Of a stretch of 64,000 nt of DNA, positions 8,501 through 18,288 are shown piece after piece. How positions within the stretch are numbered: the first letter of the stretch is position 1; each line of letters begins with the position of its first letter. This DNA comes from an uncultured Bordetella sp. (GTDB taxonomy: Bacteria; Pseudomonadota; Gammaproteobacteria; Burkholderiales; SG8-41): NCBI GenBank assembly GCA_964531455.1, contig CAZHFZ010000011.1:14213-78212 (forward strand), in the 5' to 3' direction. The position numbers and the translations under genes are program-made. The notes under the pieces were generated by a model. It did not search any database, was not told where the DNA came from, and saw only the letters and a list, made by a program, of their open reading frames with translations.

Positions 8501-10119
8501 GGCCTCTTTTCCTTCATCCGCCCACGTTTGAAGTCGCTGATGATCTCGCGCGCCGCATTTCGACCCGGCAACCCCGTCACGCCACCGCCGGGATGGGTGC
8601 CGGCACCGCACAGATAAAGGCGATTCACCGGCGAGCGGTAATCTGCATGCCCCAGTACCGGCCTTGCAGTCCACAACTGGTCCAGCGTCAGTGCACCGTG
8701 GAAAATGTCGCCGCCGATCAAGCCAAAGTCGCGTTCAAGGTCCAGCGGTGAGAGTATTTTTCGGGCAATCACCGCATCCTTGAAGTTCGGCGCATAACGG
8801 GTCACGGTATTGATTACGTGATCCGCAGCGTCTTCGCGTATTTCATCCCAGGACAGACCGTTCGGCAGTTCCGGGCTGAAATGCTGGCAGAACAGGCTGG
8901 CCACGTGCTGGCCGGCGGGAGCCAGCGTATCGTCGACGGTCGAAGGGATCAGCAACTCCACCACCGGTGCCCGCGAACAGCCATACGTGCGCGCATCAAA
9001 ATAAGCCTGCTCCATGTATCCAAGCGAAGGCGCAATGATTATTCCGGACTGGTGATGCTGGTCAGGCACGGCTCCCGGCAAACATGTGAAATCCGGCAAT
9101 TCACTCAAAGCGACATTCATGCGGAATGTCGCCGAACCGCACTTCCAGGCCTGCATGCGCTGCCGGAAATCGATGTCCAGCACGGGGGCGTCAATGAGAT
9201 TGAGATACAGCAGTTTCGGATTCACGTTGGCAACTACGCAGCGCGCTTCCATGACGCGGCCGTCTTTCAGCTGCACGCCCTGCGCGCCACGCGAATCGAC
9301 ACAGACATTGACCACCTCAGCCCCGGTGTCGATGTGTACGCCACGGGCGCGGGCTTCCGCAGCCATCGCCTGCGTGATGGCGCCCATGCCGCCGATGGCA
9401 TGCCCCCAGATGCCGCGCTTGCCGTTTACTTCGCCGAACATATGATGCAGCAGGACATAGGCGGTGCCGGGTGCGTAAGGGCTGGCAAAGTTGCCGACTA
9501 TGGCGTCGAAACCAAAAGCGGCCTTGATTGGCGCCGATTCAAACCAGAAGTCCAGCAGATCGCCGGCGCTTTTGGTAAACAGGTCCAGCACATCACGCCG
9601 GGCCGCCATATCGAGTTTTTTGAAGCGTCGGGCTGTCTTGATTGCCGAGATGAAATCGCCGAGATCACCACCAACGTTGGGCGGCGTCTCCAGCGTCAGT
9701 TCGCGCAACACATCCGCCACCCGCTCAAGCATGGTGTAGTAAGCCGGTAAACGGGCTGCGTCGGCAACCGAAAAACGCGCCACCTCGGCCTGAGTTGCCG
9801 CCAGCGACCCGCCTACCTTCAGATAGTCGGTATCCGACAGCGGCAGAAAATTTGAAATGGGCCTCTCAACGATGCGCAGGCCGTGCTCGGCCAGACGCAG
9901 GTCCCGGATGACCTGGGGGTTGAGCAGGCTTACCGTATAACTGGCCGTGGAGTTGCGAAAACCGGGATGAAATTCCTCAGTGACCGCGGCGCCGCCAACC
10001 ACGGGCCGGCGTTCCAGCACACGAACCTTCAATCCGGCGGCTGCAAGATAGCAGGCACAGGTCAGGCCATTATGGCCGCCACCGACGATCAGGACATCGC
10101 AGGCTACGGGTGGGGACAT
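8497..10119 (-). CDS. NAD(P)/FAD-dependent oxidoreductase, phytoene desaturase (CrtI-like) family
   Basis: 540 aa. N-terminal dinucleotide-binding motif 'DVLIVGGGHNGLTCACYLAAAGLKVRVLERR' and C-terminal 'LYLCGAGTHPGGGVTG'. Confidence 0.82.
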   Translation of the reverse strand: MSPPVACDVLIVGGGHNGLTCACYLAAAGLKVRVLERRPVVGGAAVTEEFHPGFRNSTASYTVSLLNPQVIRDLRLAEHGLRIVERPISNFLPLSDTDYLKVGGSLAATQAEVARFSVADAARLPAYYTMLERVADVLRELTLETPPNVGGDLGDFISAIKTARRFKKLDMAARRDVLDLFTKSAGDLLDFWFESAPIKAAFGFDAIVGNFASPYAPGTAYVLLHHMFGEVNGKRGIWGHAIGGMGAITQAMAAEARARGVHIDTGAEVVNVCVDSRGAQGVQLKDGRVMEARCVVANVNPKLLYLNLIDAPVLDIDFRQRMQAWKCGSATFRMNVALSELPDFTCLPGAVPDQHHQSGIIIAPSLGYMEQAYFDARTYGCSRAPVVELLIPSTVDDTLAPAGQHVASLFCQHFSPELPNGLSWDEIREDAADHVINTVTRYAPNFKDAVIARKILSPLDLERDFGLIGGDIFHGALTLDQLWTARPVLGHADYRSPVNRLYLCGAGTHPGGGVTGLPGRNAAREIISDFKRGRMKEKRP

Positions 10120-10148
10120 GGAAAGCGGGCTGTTTGCGTAGACGGAAA

Positions 10149-10225
10149 TGGCGCGCCCGAGACGATTCGAACGTCCGACCCCTGCCTTCGGAGGGCAGTA
10201 CTCTATCCAGCTGAGCTACGGGCGC
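10149..10225 (-). tRNA. tRNA-Arg (anticodon CCG)
   Basis: The reverse complement is GCGCCCGTAGCTCAGCTGGATAGAGTACTGCCCTCCGAAGGCAGGGGTCGGACGTTCGAATCGTCTCGGGCGCGCCA. It folds as a cloverleaf with anticodon loop CU-CCG-AA, a GTTCGAATC T-loop and an encoded CCA. Confidence 0.93.
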
Positions 10226-10325
10226 GTTGCGGCTCGGATTCTACCATGCCCCCTGCGGCCGGCGTTTTACCGGGCATGGCAATGCCGATATAATTCTCGC
10301 TTTATTGAAGCACCGGGATATTGCA

Positions 10326-11147
10326 ATGAGCGAACACGACCAAACCGAGCATTCCTCGCCGATCAAAACGCCCAAGCAGCTGGCTATCGCCATCGTGCTG
10401 GCATTCATCGTGCCTGTCGTTGTCATCATCATGCTGGCCCAGCTGGCTGTCGACACCAGGAAACCGACCTTGTCGCCTGACGCACACGAAGAAGCTGTCG
10501 CTAAGCGACTCAAGCCGGTCGGTGAGGTGGTTGTTGCCGCGGCCGGTGGCGCTCAGCAGGTACGCGACGGCAAATCGGTTTTCGATATGGCCTGCGCAGC
10601 ATGTCATTCGACCGGAGCCATGAATGCTCCGAAAATCGGCGACAAAGCAGTTTGGGGCAAACTGACCGGGCGCAGCCTTGAATCCCTGACCACCAGCGCA
10701 ATCAAGGGTGTCCGTCAAATGCCTGCCCGTGGCGGCAATCCGGATCTCACTGATGTTGAAGTCGCGCGCGCCATTGTCTACATGGCCAACCAGAGCGGAT
10801 CCAACTGGAAAGAACCCGCTGCTCCCGCTGCACCTGCTGCCGCCCCCGCAAACGCCGCCAGCGCGCCGGCTGTTGTTGCTGCGGCGACGGCTGACAGTGG
10901 CAATGACGCCAAAGGCAAGAGTATTTACGAATCCAGTTGCGCCGCATGCCATGTTGCGGGCGTCGCCGGCGCACCAAAACCCGGCGACAAAGCCGCATGG
11001 GCTCCGCGGTTGAAAACCGGTAAAGATGCACTGTATGCGTCGGTCATCAAAGGCAAGAATGCAATGCCTCCGAAAGGCGGTAACGCCTCACTGTCGGACG
11101 CTGACATCAAGGCCGCCGTCGATTACCTAATGGGTCTGGCCAAATAA
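10326..11147 (+). CDS. membrane-anchored dihaem c-type cytochrome (cytochrome c5 family)
   Basis: Start trimmed to MSEHDQTE... It has an N-terminal TM segment 'LAIAIVLAFIVPVVVIIMLA' and two CxxCH motifs (CAACHS, CAACHV) separated by an Ala/Pro-rich linker. Confidence 0.85.
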   Translation: MSEHDQTEHSSPIKTPKQLAIAIVLAFIVPVVVIIMLAQLAVDTRKPTLSPDAHEEAVAKRLKPVGEVVVAAAGGAQQVRDGKSVFDMACAACHSTGAMNAPKIGDKAVWGKLTGRSLESLTTSAIKGVRQMPARGGNPDLTDVEVARAIVYMANQSGSNWKEPAAPAAPAAAPANAASAPAVVAAATADSGNDAKGKSIYESSCAACHVAGVAGAPKPGDKAAWAPRLKTGKDALYASVIKGKNAMPPKGGNASLSDADIKAAVDYLMGLAK

Positions 11148-11182
11148 CCGGGTTTGACGAAAGTCATCATGGATGACTAAAA

Positions 11183-11207
11183 GGCGCAGCACTGCTGCGC
11201 CTTTTTT
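11183..11207 (+). terminator. rho-independent terminator after the cytochrome c gene
   Basis: GGCGCAG-CACTG-CTGCGCC stem-loop followed by TTTTTT, read directly from the sequence. Confidence 0.75.
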
Positions 11208-11233
11208 GTTTGGGATTGAGGCGACAAAAAGGC

Positions 11234-12064
11234 ATGGCAACTTACGCAATCGGTGATATTCAGGGCTGCTATGACGAATTGCGGCGTCTGCTTGATGTTG
11301 TCGGCTTCGACACATCGCATGACACGCTCTGGATTGCCGGCGACATCGTCAACCGGGGTCCGCAGACGCTGGCTGTGCTGCGCTTTCTCAAGAGTCTCGG
11401 CAACCGCTCCATCGCCATCCTCGGCAACCATGATCTACATCTGCTGGTGGTCGCTGCCGGAGTACGAAAACCACACCGCGCTGACACGCTGGACGAACTC
11501 CTGGCAGCTCCGGATTGCGACGAATTGCTGGACTGGTTGCGCAGCCAACGTTTGATGCATGCTGACTCCGGCCTCGGATACGCAATGGTGCATGCCGGAT
11601 TGTTGCCGCAGTGGAGCATCCCCCAGGCACTCCAACTGGCCCGCGAGGTTGAAGCCGTGCTGCAGGGCCCGGATTACCGGGATTTTCTGCAACAAATGTA
11701 CGGCAATGATCCGAAGCGCTGGGACGATAACCTTGCCGGTTACGACAGGTTACGCGTCATTGTTAACGCCATGACGCGCCTCAGGCTGTGCACGCCCGAG
11801 GGCACGATGGAGTTTTCACACAAAACCGGTCTGCCGGGCATACCGTCGGGCTACATTCCCTGGTTCGACGTGCCTGGACGCGCGAGTATTGATACACCGC
11901 TGATTTTTGGTCACTGGGCAGCATTGGGACTGTTGCTTCGCCCGAACCTGCTGGCGATTGATTCAGGCTGCGTATGGGGCCGACAACTGACTGCCGTGCG
12001 ACTTGAAGACCGCCGGGTCTTCCAATGCGACTGTGTGGGCGTCAGCGGTTCAGAAGGCGATTGA
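11234..12064 (+). CDS. apaH: bis(5'-nucleosyl)-tetraphosphatase (symmetrical)
   Basis: 'MATYAIGDIQGCYDEL', 'GDIVNRGP' and 'GNHDLHLL' are metallophosphatase motifs in the ApaH arrangement. Confidence 0.92.
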   Translation: MATYAIGDIQGCYDELRRLLDVVGFDTSHDTLWIAGDIVNRGPQTLAVLRFLKSLGNRSIAILGNHDLHLLVVAAGVRKPHRADTLDELLAAPDCDELLDWLRSQRLMHADSGLGYAMVHAGLLPQWSIPQALQLAREVEAVLQGPDYRDFLQQMYGNDPKRWDDNLAGYDRLRVIVNAMTRLRLCTPEGTMEFSHKTGLPGIPSGYIPWFDVPGRASIDTPLIFGHWAALGLLLRPNLLAIDSGCVWGRQLTAVRLEDRRVFQCDCVGVSGSEGD

Positions 12065-12836
12065 CGATCGCGCACCGGGCAGCTTCCGCCAGCGCGCGGC
12101 GATGGGGTACATCTGCCGTCAACAAAGGCAGGAAATGCAGATGCGCATCAATACGCTGCAGGCCAACGATCTGCAAAAGGGTATACCAGAGCGATTTGTC
12201 CCCATCATAGGCGGCCTCTTTGCAAAGTGCGCCATCGTGATGTGCGAAGCGCAATGCCACTGGCTGCACGACGGCTCCGGCAATCAGAACGGGCTGAAGC
12301 AGCGAACTGTGAAAACGCAATACTTCACTTCCATCGCTGGTCGTGCCTTCCGGAAACACGGCTGCCACATCGCCTTCCAGCATCACCTCGGCAATCAGCC
12401 GGTTAACCCTTGCGGTATCGCTGCGACGTCCGCGTTCGATAAAGAGCGTTCCCGCTTTCGCGCTCAGCCAGCCGATCACCGGCCATTTGCGGATCTCCGA
12501 TTTCGCAACAAAACGAACGGGGATCACCGAGTTCAACACGACTATATCGAGCCAGGAAACGTGATTGACCACAATCATCAGGGGCCGCGCCATTGCCGGT
12601 GCATCATGCACATGAATATGTACACCCAATGTGCGCAGCATCGAGCCGGACCATTTTCTGATGGCTGCCCGACAACGCGATTTCGAATAAAACGGAAACA
12701 ACAGTGCGACCGTCAACACGCCCTGCAACACATGTGTGGCGAGGCGTACAAGCCGCAGACTGCGCAAGATCAACGATGTTTTCATACCCCGGCTGCCCAT
12801 GGCAGCCATTATAGAGGGGCACAGAGTTCCGGCCAT
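12042..12836 (-). CDS. olsA: lysophospholipid / 1-acyl-sn-glycerol-3-phosphate acyltransferase family protein (OlsA-like)
   Basis: HxxxxD motif 'NHVSWLD' and 'VFPEGTTSDG'. It lies immediately downstream of an OlsB-like gene with a 1-nt overlap (TGATG). Confidence 0.7.
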   Translation of the reverse strand: MAGTLCPSIMAAMGSRGMKTSLILRSLRLVRLATHVLQGVLTVALLFPFYSKSRCRAAIRKWSGSMLRTLGVHIHVHDAPAMARPLMIVVNHVSWLDIVVLNSVIPVRFVAKSEIRKWPVIGWLSAKAGTLFIERGRRSDTARVNRLIAEVMLEGDVAAVFPEGTTSDGSEVLRFHSSLLQPVLIAGAVVQPVALRFAHHDGALCKEAAYDGDKSLWYTLLQIVGLQRIDAHLHFLPLLTADVPHRRALAEAARCAIVNRLLNR

Positions 12837-13597
12837 CAGGCGCGCAGGAAATGGCGTGCGTAGCGTGCACTCATGCGTGAGAGCGGCAGCAACATCAGTA
12901 AATCGGCAGTATTGAAGTCGGGATCCCAGGCCGGGGCTCCACAGATGTAAGCACCGACGCGGAGGTAACCTTTCACCAGTGCGGGTGGATCCGCATCAAC
13001 ATCGCGGTCCAGAGCAGCAAGCGGCAACTCGCAACGCGGAAATACGCGGTACTCCGCCGGTGACAGGTGATTGCGTATCAGGCGGCGATAAATGCTTGCA
13101 GCAGCGCAACCGCCGTCGCCCATGCTTAAAGATGCGCAACCGATCAGATAGCGGTAATCATGCCGTGCCGCAAATGCAACCAGACCGGACCAGAGCATGG
13201 AAATCGTAGATCCGGTGCGGTAATCGGGATGTACGCACGAACGGCCAATTTCAACAGTGGCGGTACGCAACTGCTGGAGACGAGTCAGATCAAACTCGCC
13301 ATCTGCATAAAAACTCCCGATCTCCCGCGCCTTCTGTCCCGGTAACAACCGGTAGGTGCCGACCACCTCACCAATACGGGTGTCGCGTACCAACAGATGT
13401 TCGCAATGGGCATCATACAAATCACAATCGATGCCCGACTCTGCGCTGGGAACATTGGCACCCATCTCCTCGGCAAAAACCCGATAGCGCAGCCGCTGCG
13501 CTTCAAGCACTTCAACGGGGCTGCGGGCAAACGACACCACCAGCGCGGCACCATTGCCAGCGCGGGTTTCTGCAAATTCCAGGGTTTGGTCCAGCAT
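12836..13597 (-). CDS. olsB: GNAT-type N-acyltransferase, ornithine lipid synthase OlsB-like
   Basis: 253 aa of the hemolysin-like / OlsB N-acyl amino acid synthase family ('YRVFAEEMG', 'LLVRD..GEVVGTYRL'). It is paired with an acyltransferase gene, as in olsBA operons. Confidence 0.65.
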   Translation of the reverse strand: MLDQTLEFAETRAGNGAALVVSFARSPVEVLEAQRLRYRVFAEEMGANVPSAESGIDCDLYDAHCEHLLVRDTRIGEVVGTYRLLPGQKAREIGSFYADGEFDLTRLQQLRTATVEIGRSCVHPDYRTGSTISMLWSGLVAFAARHDYRYLIGCASLSMGDGGCAAASIYRRLIRNHLSPAEYRVFPRCELPLAALDRDVDADPPALVKGYLRVGAYICGAPAWDPDFNTADLLMLLPLSRMSARYARHFLRA

Positions 13598-13712
13598 CAG
13601 GCCTGTCTCCGTCGTTATTGACGGATTCGAGCCTAAGTCTGAAGAATGACAGTGCCGTGAAGAACCGGTTAAAGATCAGTGACAACAGCCATGCCGGCTG
13701 CGGGCCAGCATG

Positions 13713-14168
13713 TCAGTGCGTGACGCGTGAAGTCCGGCCGTCGGAAAGAATTCGTACACGCTCGCCCGCCTTGAAGGTCTCGTCGGCCTCCTGAACAATT
13801 GCCACCAGTGCACCGCTGTCGAGTTTGACAGTCACCTCAACACCCGTGCGCCGCGTAGTGCCCTGCTCAATTGCCTGACCTGCAACACCACCGGCAACGG
13901 CACCAAGAACCGCAGCGATGTCGGACCCGCGACCGCCGCCAATCGAACTGCCGGCAATACCGCCAACCACTGCGCCGGCCGCCGGGCCGACAATGGTCCG
14001 GGTGCCTTCGATTTGCACCTGACGAACACTCTCGACAACCCCCATCCGGACATTCTGTTCACGTCGCGCTTCTTCCCGCGAATAGGAACCGCCGCCGAGG
14101 CCCTGCGCGCAGCCGGCGACCACCGTCACCGCCAGCAACAACACTGCAGTCCGAATTCGTCTGTCCAT
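13713..14168 (-). CDS. glycine-zipper 2TM outer membrane lipoprotein (SlyB-like)
   Basis: Start trimmed to MDRRIRTAVLLLAVTVVAGC (lipobox). Glycine zipper 'GAVVGGIAGSSIGGGRGSDIAAVLGAVAGGVAG'. Confidence 0.82.
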   Translation of the reverse strand: MDRRIRTAVLLLAVTVVAGCAQGLGGGSYSREEARREQNVRMGVVESVRQVQIEGTRTIVGPAAGAVVGGIAGSSIGGGRGSDIAAVLGAVAGGVAGQAIEQGTTRRTGVEVTVKLDSGALVAIVQEADETFKAGERVRILSDGRTSRVTH

Positions 14169-14182
14169 TTTTATTTCTCCAA

Positions 14183-15118
14183 TCACCACAGTTTCATGCC
14201 AAATGCCTTGTGGAACAGGTCGGCCACCTCTGCGCGGTCAAACCGGTGGTTCTGCCCACCCCGCCTGGCGATTTTCAGGGAACCCATCAGCGAAGCCAGG
14301 CGTCCGGTCAGTTCCCAATCCGCTCCGGCAGAAAGCCCGTACAACAGGCCGGCGCGAAACGCATCACCACAGCCCGTCGGATCAAGCACCGCTTCCGGTT
14401 TAACGCTTGGGATCTCGATCTGTTTACCTCCGGCATGCACCACAGCCCCCTTGGCCCCCATTGTGACCACAATCGCCTTGACGAGTTTCGCCAGTTCTTC
14501 AAGTTTCTTGCCGGTGCGCTCCTGCAGCATCTGCGCCTCATAATCATTCACCGTGACATAGTCGGCCAAGCGCACGAATTCCTCGAGTTCCGGTCCGCCA
14601 AACATGGGTAGGCCCTGTCCGGGATCAAAGATGAACGGGATCCCCGCCTGGTTAAACTCCTTGGCATGCTGAATCATCCCGTCACGCCCGTCGGGTGCAA
14701 CAATGCCCAGCGTGACGCCTTTGGCATCCGAGACATGGTTCTCATGGGCGTGATTCATCGCACCCGGATGAAACGCGGTAATCTGATTGTCGTCCAGATC
14801 GGTGGTGATGAACGCCTGCGCAGTGAAAGTTCCGGGCACCATGCGGATGCAATCCTGCGCGAGGTTCAGTCGCTGCAAACGCTCGTCATAGGGCGCAAAG
14901 TCATCACCAACAGTGGCCATGATGTGCGCCTCGCCGCCCAGCATTTTCAGCGTGTAAGCGATGTTGCCTGCACAACCGCCGAATTCGCGCCGCATGTCGG
15001 GCACTAGAAACGCCACGTTAAGAATGTGCAACTGGTCGGGCAGGATGTGATTTTTGAACTGGTCACGGAACACCATGATGGTGTCGTAGGCCATCGAACC
15101 GCAAATGAGGGTGGACAT
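14183..15118 (-). CDS. PfkB family carbohydrate/nucleoside kinase
   Basis: Start trimmed to MSTLICGSMAYD... The C-terminal PfkB signature is 'DPTGCGDAFRAGLLYG'. Confidence 0.85.
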   Translation of the reverse strand: MSTLICGSMAYDTIMVFRDQFKNHILPDQLHILNVAFLVPDMRREFGGCAGNIAYTLKMLGGEAHIMATVGDDFAPYDERLQRLNLAQDCIRMVPGTFTAQAFITTDLDDNQITAFHPGAMNHAHENHVSDAKGVTLGIVAPDGRDGMIQHAKEFNQAGIPFIFDPGQGLPMFGGPELEEFVRLADYVTVNDYEAQMLQERTGKKLEELAKLVKAIVVTMGAKGAVVHAGGKQIEIPSVKPEAVLDPTGCGDAFRAGLLYGLSAGADWELTGRLASLMGSLKIARRGGQNHRFDRAEVADLFHKAFGMKLW

Positions 15119-15290
15119 CAGATGACGCCTTGAATAATGGGAGGCCGGATTATAACAATGCGGCCTGTCACCATCCGGCGACGGGTTGGAATAGCCCCCG
15201 TCCTGCAGCATAATCAACCTTGCCGACTTCCTCTTGCCGGCTCCGATAACCCACCTATAAACCAATAATTTTCAGCGAGGAACAGCCAAC

Positions 15291-15716
15291 ATGTTCAAGG
15301 AGTTCAGGGAATTCGCAATGCGCGGCAATGTTGTCGACATGGCCGTCGGCATTATCATCGGTGCAGCCTTCGGCAAGATCGTCGAATCGCTGGTAAAAGA
15401 TCTGATCATGCCGCCGATCGGCATGCTGCTGGGCAAGGTCGACTTTGCCAACCTGTTCGTCGTGTTGCGCGAAGGTGCAACGGCAGGTCCTTACCTCAGC
15501 GTCGATGCCGCGCAGAAAGCCGGTGCGGTGACCTTCAACTATGGCGTGTTCATCAACACCTGCATCAGTTTCGTGATTGTCGCCTTTGCGGTTTTCCTGC
15601 TGATCCGCTCCATCAACAAGATGAAAAAGGAAGAAGCGGCAGCTCCTGCCGCCCCCGCGGCGCCTCCGGAAGACGTATTGCTGTTGCGTGAAATCCGCGA
15701 TGCGTTGAAAAAATAA
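15291..15716 (+). CDS. mscL: large-conductance mechanosensitive channel
   Basis: '[31 protein letters not shown]' is the canonical MscL N-terminus. 141 aa. Confidence 0.95.
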   Translation: MFKEFREFAMRGNVVDMAVGIIIGAAFGKIVESLVKDLIMPPIGMLLGKVDFANLFVVLREGATAGPYLSVDAAQKAGAVTFNYGVFINTCISFVIVAFAVFLLIRSINKMKKEEAAAPAAPAAPPEDVLLLREIRDALKK

Positions 15717-15735
15717 AGCTCCGCACCCCAGGAAC

Positions 15736-15761
15736 AAAACGCACCCGGACGGGTGCGTTTT
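15736..15761. terminator. bidirectional rho-independent terminator between the convergent genes mscL and gcvH
   Basis: AAAA-ACGCACCC-GGAC-GGGTGCGT-TTTT, an 8-bp GC-rich stem flanked by A and T tracts. Confidence 0.75.
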
Positions 15762-15822
15762 AATTTATGCTTAAATTATTGATTTTAAACAATAATTTTA
15801 ATTTACACGCTCCGAATCTCTC

Positions 15823-16212
15823 TCAATTTTTTTCAGCCTCAGCAACCTTCTGATACGCCTGCGCATCCAGCAGATTGTCCATCTCCGCGGCATTTTCAGG
15901 TCGGATACGGAACATCCATGCGGCATACGGATCGTCATTGACCTGCTCCGGGGCGTCGGACAACACCTCGTTGACGGCAACAACCTCGCCGGAAACCGGG
16001 CTGTAGACATCCGATGCGGCCTTCACCGATTCAACAACACCGCAGGCTTCACCCTGCTGCACCCGACTGCCCGGCGCGGGATTCTGCACAAATACGACGT
16101 CACCTAACTGCTCCTGCGCGTGGTCAGTGATGCCGACTGAAATCAGGCCATCACTCTCGCGGCGAGCCCACTGATGGGTGGCGTTGTACTTCAGGTGCTC
16201 CGGTGTGTTCAT
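15823..16212 (-). CDS. gcvH: glycine cleavage system protein H
   Basis: 129 aa. Lipoyl-lysine motif 'VESVKAASDVYSPVSGEV' and N-terminal 'HQWAR...GITDHAQ'. Confidence 0.92.
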   Translation of the reverse strand: MNTPEHLKYNATHQWARRESDGLISVGITDHAQEQLGDVVFVQNPAPGSRVQQGEACGVVESVKAASDVYSPVSGEVVAVNEVLSDAPEQVNDDPYAAWMFRIRPENAAEMDNLLDAQAYQKVAEAEKN

Positions 16213-16288
16213 TTCAACTCCGTCTAAAATTTCAATTGGCCTGACAGACAGGGCTGGCGGTTGTAATCAGGGCGCTACAGCAGCGCCT

Positions 16289-17284
16289 TTATCCGCCCGG
16301 TGCGGCCAACACGGCCAGACGGAAACCGGCAGCGCCCAGATTGCCGGTTTCCAGCCCGAGCCTGACCGTCAATTCGGCATTCGCCGCAATGCCGGAACCG
16401 GTGTCACGACCTGCCGCCAAATAGTCATCAGGCAGGAAGATGCGCCGCGCCAGTGTGTGATCGTTGACGTTGGTCAATACCAGGTCAAGAGCCGGGTAAG
16501 CGACTTCATAGCCCGCATGATTGCGCAAGGTTGCCGTCAGCTGAATCCGATTGGGGTTTGCCGGGTCTATCACCTGCAGGTCTGATGCCTCAATCAGGAT
16601 CAACTGCGGCCGCTGCGGCAAAACCACGCTACATCCTGCCTGTGCACATATCCAGCCTAACCACTGCTTCGCCAGGGGATGTTGGGCTGCGACTTCACTC
16701 CGGTAAAAAAACAGCCCCTGTAAAATCAGCGCAACCACCATCACCGCAATTCCGGCATGCAAGCCCCTGCGGCGCGGAAGGGCCGGCGGCACTTCAGGCC
16801 TTGCCTGTGTAAAGGGGTTGTCGGCATCCGGGGTAACGGCGCTTGCGCTGCCATCGACAGGCAACTCCGCAGCTATCTGGACCGTTTCTCCGGGTAACGC
16901 CTCCGCCGGCGCTGGACGAACAGACTCCTCTTCGACCGGCACGACGGCTTCCAGCGCAAAGTCAGGCTGCTGACCGGAAACAGGAGCCTCCACAGTAACC
17001 GGCTCCGCCTGAACGGCATGATCTGCAGCAATGATTTCGGATTCGGGCAATGCATCGATTTGCGGCAGCGGTGGAGCAATATCCTGCTCGACAACAGGAT
17101 CAACAGCCGGTTGGCTTTGGGGCTCGAAAGCCGCGGGCTCCGGTGCAAGCGCGGCGAGCGCATCAAATACCTGCATGCAACGGCCACATCGCACCTGACC
17201 GCCATGCGCCTGCAACTGGCCCGTTGTTACACGGAACACCGTACGACAGTGGACGCAGCGCGTAGTAAGGGTTGACGGTGCCAT
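16289..17284 (-). CDS. zinc-ribbon (MJ0042-type) and DUF3426 domain protein
   Basis: N-terminal 'CVHCRTVFRV...VRCGRCMQVFDA' zinc ribbon, a Pro/Ala/Glu-rich linker, one TM segment, then a C-terminal DUF3426-like domain. Confidence 0.75.
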   Translation of the reverse strand: MAPSTLTTRCVHCRTVFRVTTGQLQAHGGQVRCGRCMQVFDALAALAPEPAAFEPQSQPAVDPVVEQDIAPPLPQIDALPESEIIAADHAVQAEPVTVEAPVSGQQPDFALEAVVPVEEESVRPAPAEALPGETVQIAAELPVDGSASAVTPDADNPFTQARPEVPPALPRRRGLHAGIAVMVVALILQGLFFYRSEVAAQHPLAKQWLGWICAQAGCSVVLPQRPQLILIEASDLQVIDPANPNRIQLTATLRNHAGYEVAYPALDLVLTNVNDHTLARRIFLPDDYLAAGRDTGSGIAANAELTVRLGLETGNLGAAGFRLAVLAAPGG

Positions 17285-17364
17285 CAGGTTTTCAGGAATT
17301 CGGCATGCGATGCTTGAATGTGCCTATGATACCCAACGAGGCGCCCCGGCAGCAGTAACGAAAA

Positions 17365-18261
17365 TCATGGCAGATTGCGGCGACCGGTCAGAAGAACCCA
17401 GCCCTCATCCGTGTCAGCGCGCATCATCGTGAATTTCGGTGCATAGGCCTCAAGCACGGCATCGGCCTGTTCGACAAGAATGCCGGAGAGCGCAATCCGG
17501 CCGCCGGGCCTGGTCAGCCGCGCCAATAGCGGAGCCAGCACTGTCAGGGGATTGGCGAGTATGTTGGCAACAACGATCTGCGCCGGTCCGGCCACATCCT
17601 GTTCTGCCGTCGCCAGGGTGACATCCACACCGTTGTTTTGCGCGTTCTGTTGCGCAGCCAGAACCGCCTGAGGATCAATATCGATTCCGCACGCGTTCGC
17701 TGCGCCCAGTTTCATCGCGGCGATCGCCAGGATTCCCGAGCCACAGCCGTAATCCAGAACATCAGCATCAGGCGTCACCGTTTCGGCCAGCCAGCGCAGG
17801 CAAAGCCGCGTCGTCGGATGCGCGCCGGTGCCGAAAGCCACGCCGGGGTCAAGTGCGATGTTGATTGCGCCGGGGTCCGGCGGCGTGTGCCAACTCGGCA
17901 CAACCCACAGCCGTGGAGTAATTTGGATCGGGTGAAACTGGCTCTGGGTCAGGCGCACCCAATCGGCATCCTCTACGCGTTCAATGCTGAAAGCAGACGT
18001 CGCAGAAAGTCTGGCAGCTGCCAGCGCCTCCGGCACCAGGGCATAGAGATCAGCATCAACGGCAAACAACGCCCCTACACGATTGGTGTGCCAACCGCTG
18101 ACCGGTACCTCTCCGGGTTCTGCAAATATGGGCCGTTCGTCGACAGTGCCTGCAGCAGCATCCTGCACATCCACGGCAAGTGCACCGACTTCCAGCAATG
18201 CATCGCTGAGAATTTCGACAGATTCTTCAGCGGTCTCAATGATTGCGCACAGCCAGGGCAT
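17365..18261 (-). CDS. prmA: ribosomal protein L11 methyltransferase
   Basis: 298 aa. 'FGTGAHPTTRLCL' and the SAM motif 'DYGCGSGILAIAA'. It is downstream of accBC, as in many proteobacteria. Confidence 0.92.
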   Translation of the reverse strand: MPWLCAIIETAEESVEILSDALLEVGALAVDVQDAAAGTVDERPIFAEPGEVPVSGWHTNRVGALFAVDADLYALVPEALAAARLSATSAFSIERVEDADWVRLTQSQFHPIQITPRLWVVPSWHTPPDPGAINIALDPGVAFGTGAHPTTRLCLRWLAETVTPDADVLDYGCGSGILAIAAMKLGAANACGIDIDPQAVLAAQQNAQNNGVDVTLATAEQDVAGPAQIVVANILANPLTVLAPLLARLTRPGGRIALSGILVEQADAVLEAYAPKFTMMRADTDEGWVLLTGRRNLP

Positions 18262-18288
18262 CGGATACTCCGGTCAGACCACTACCCG

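Noticed and set aside
10149-10325. tRNA-Arg as a possible integration site for a genomic island.
   Set aside because: I found no integrase, no repeat of the tRNA 3' end and no compositional break on either side. The flanking genes look like ordinary metabolic genes.
10800-10900. Ala/Pro-rich low-complexity stretches in the cytochrome c (10.80-10.90 kb), the MscL C-terminus (15.64-15.68 kb) and the DUF748 protein (61.62-61.73 kb), considered as nucleotide repeats.
   Set aside because: These are in-frame flexible-linker coding segments (GCN/CCN runs), not tandem DNA repeats or mobile sequences.
15823-16212. gcvH without neighbouring gcvT/gcvP, and a possible glycine riboswitch upstream.
   Set aside because: The upstream spacer is only 76 nt, too short for a glycine riboswitch. 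Stand-alone H-protein genes are common, so this is not reported as a finding.
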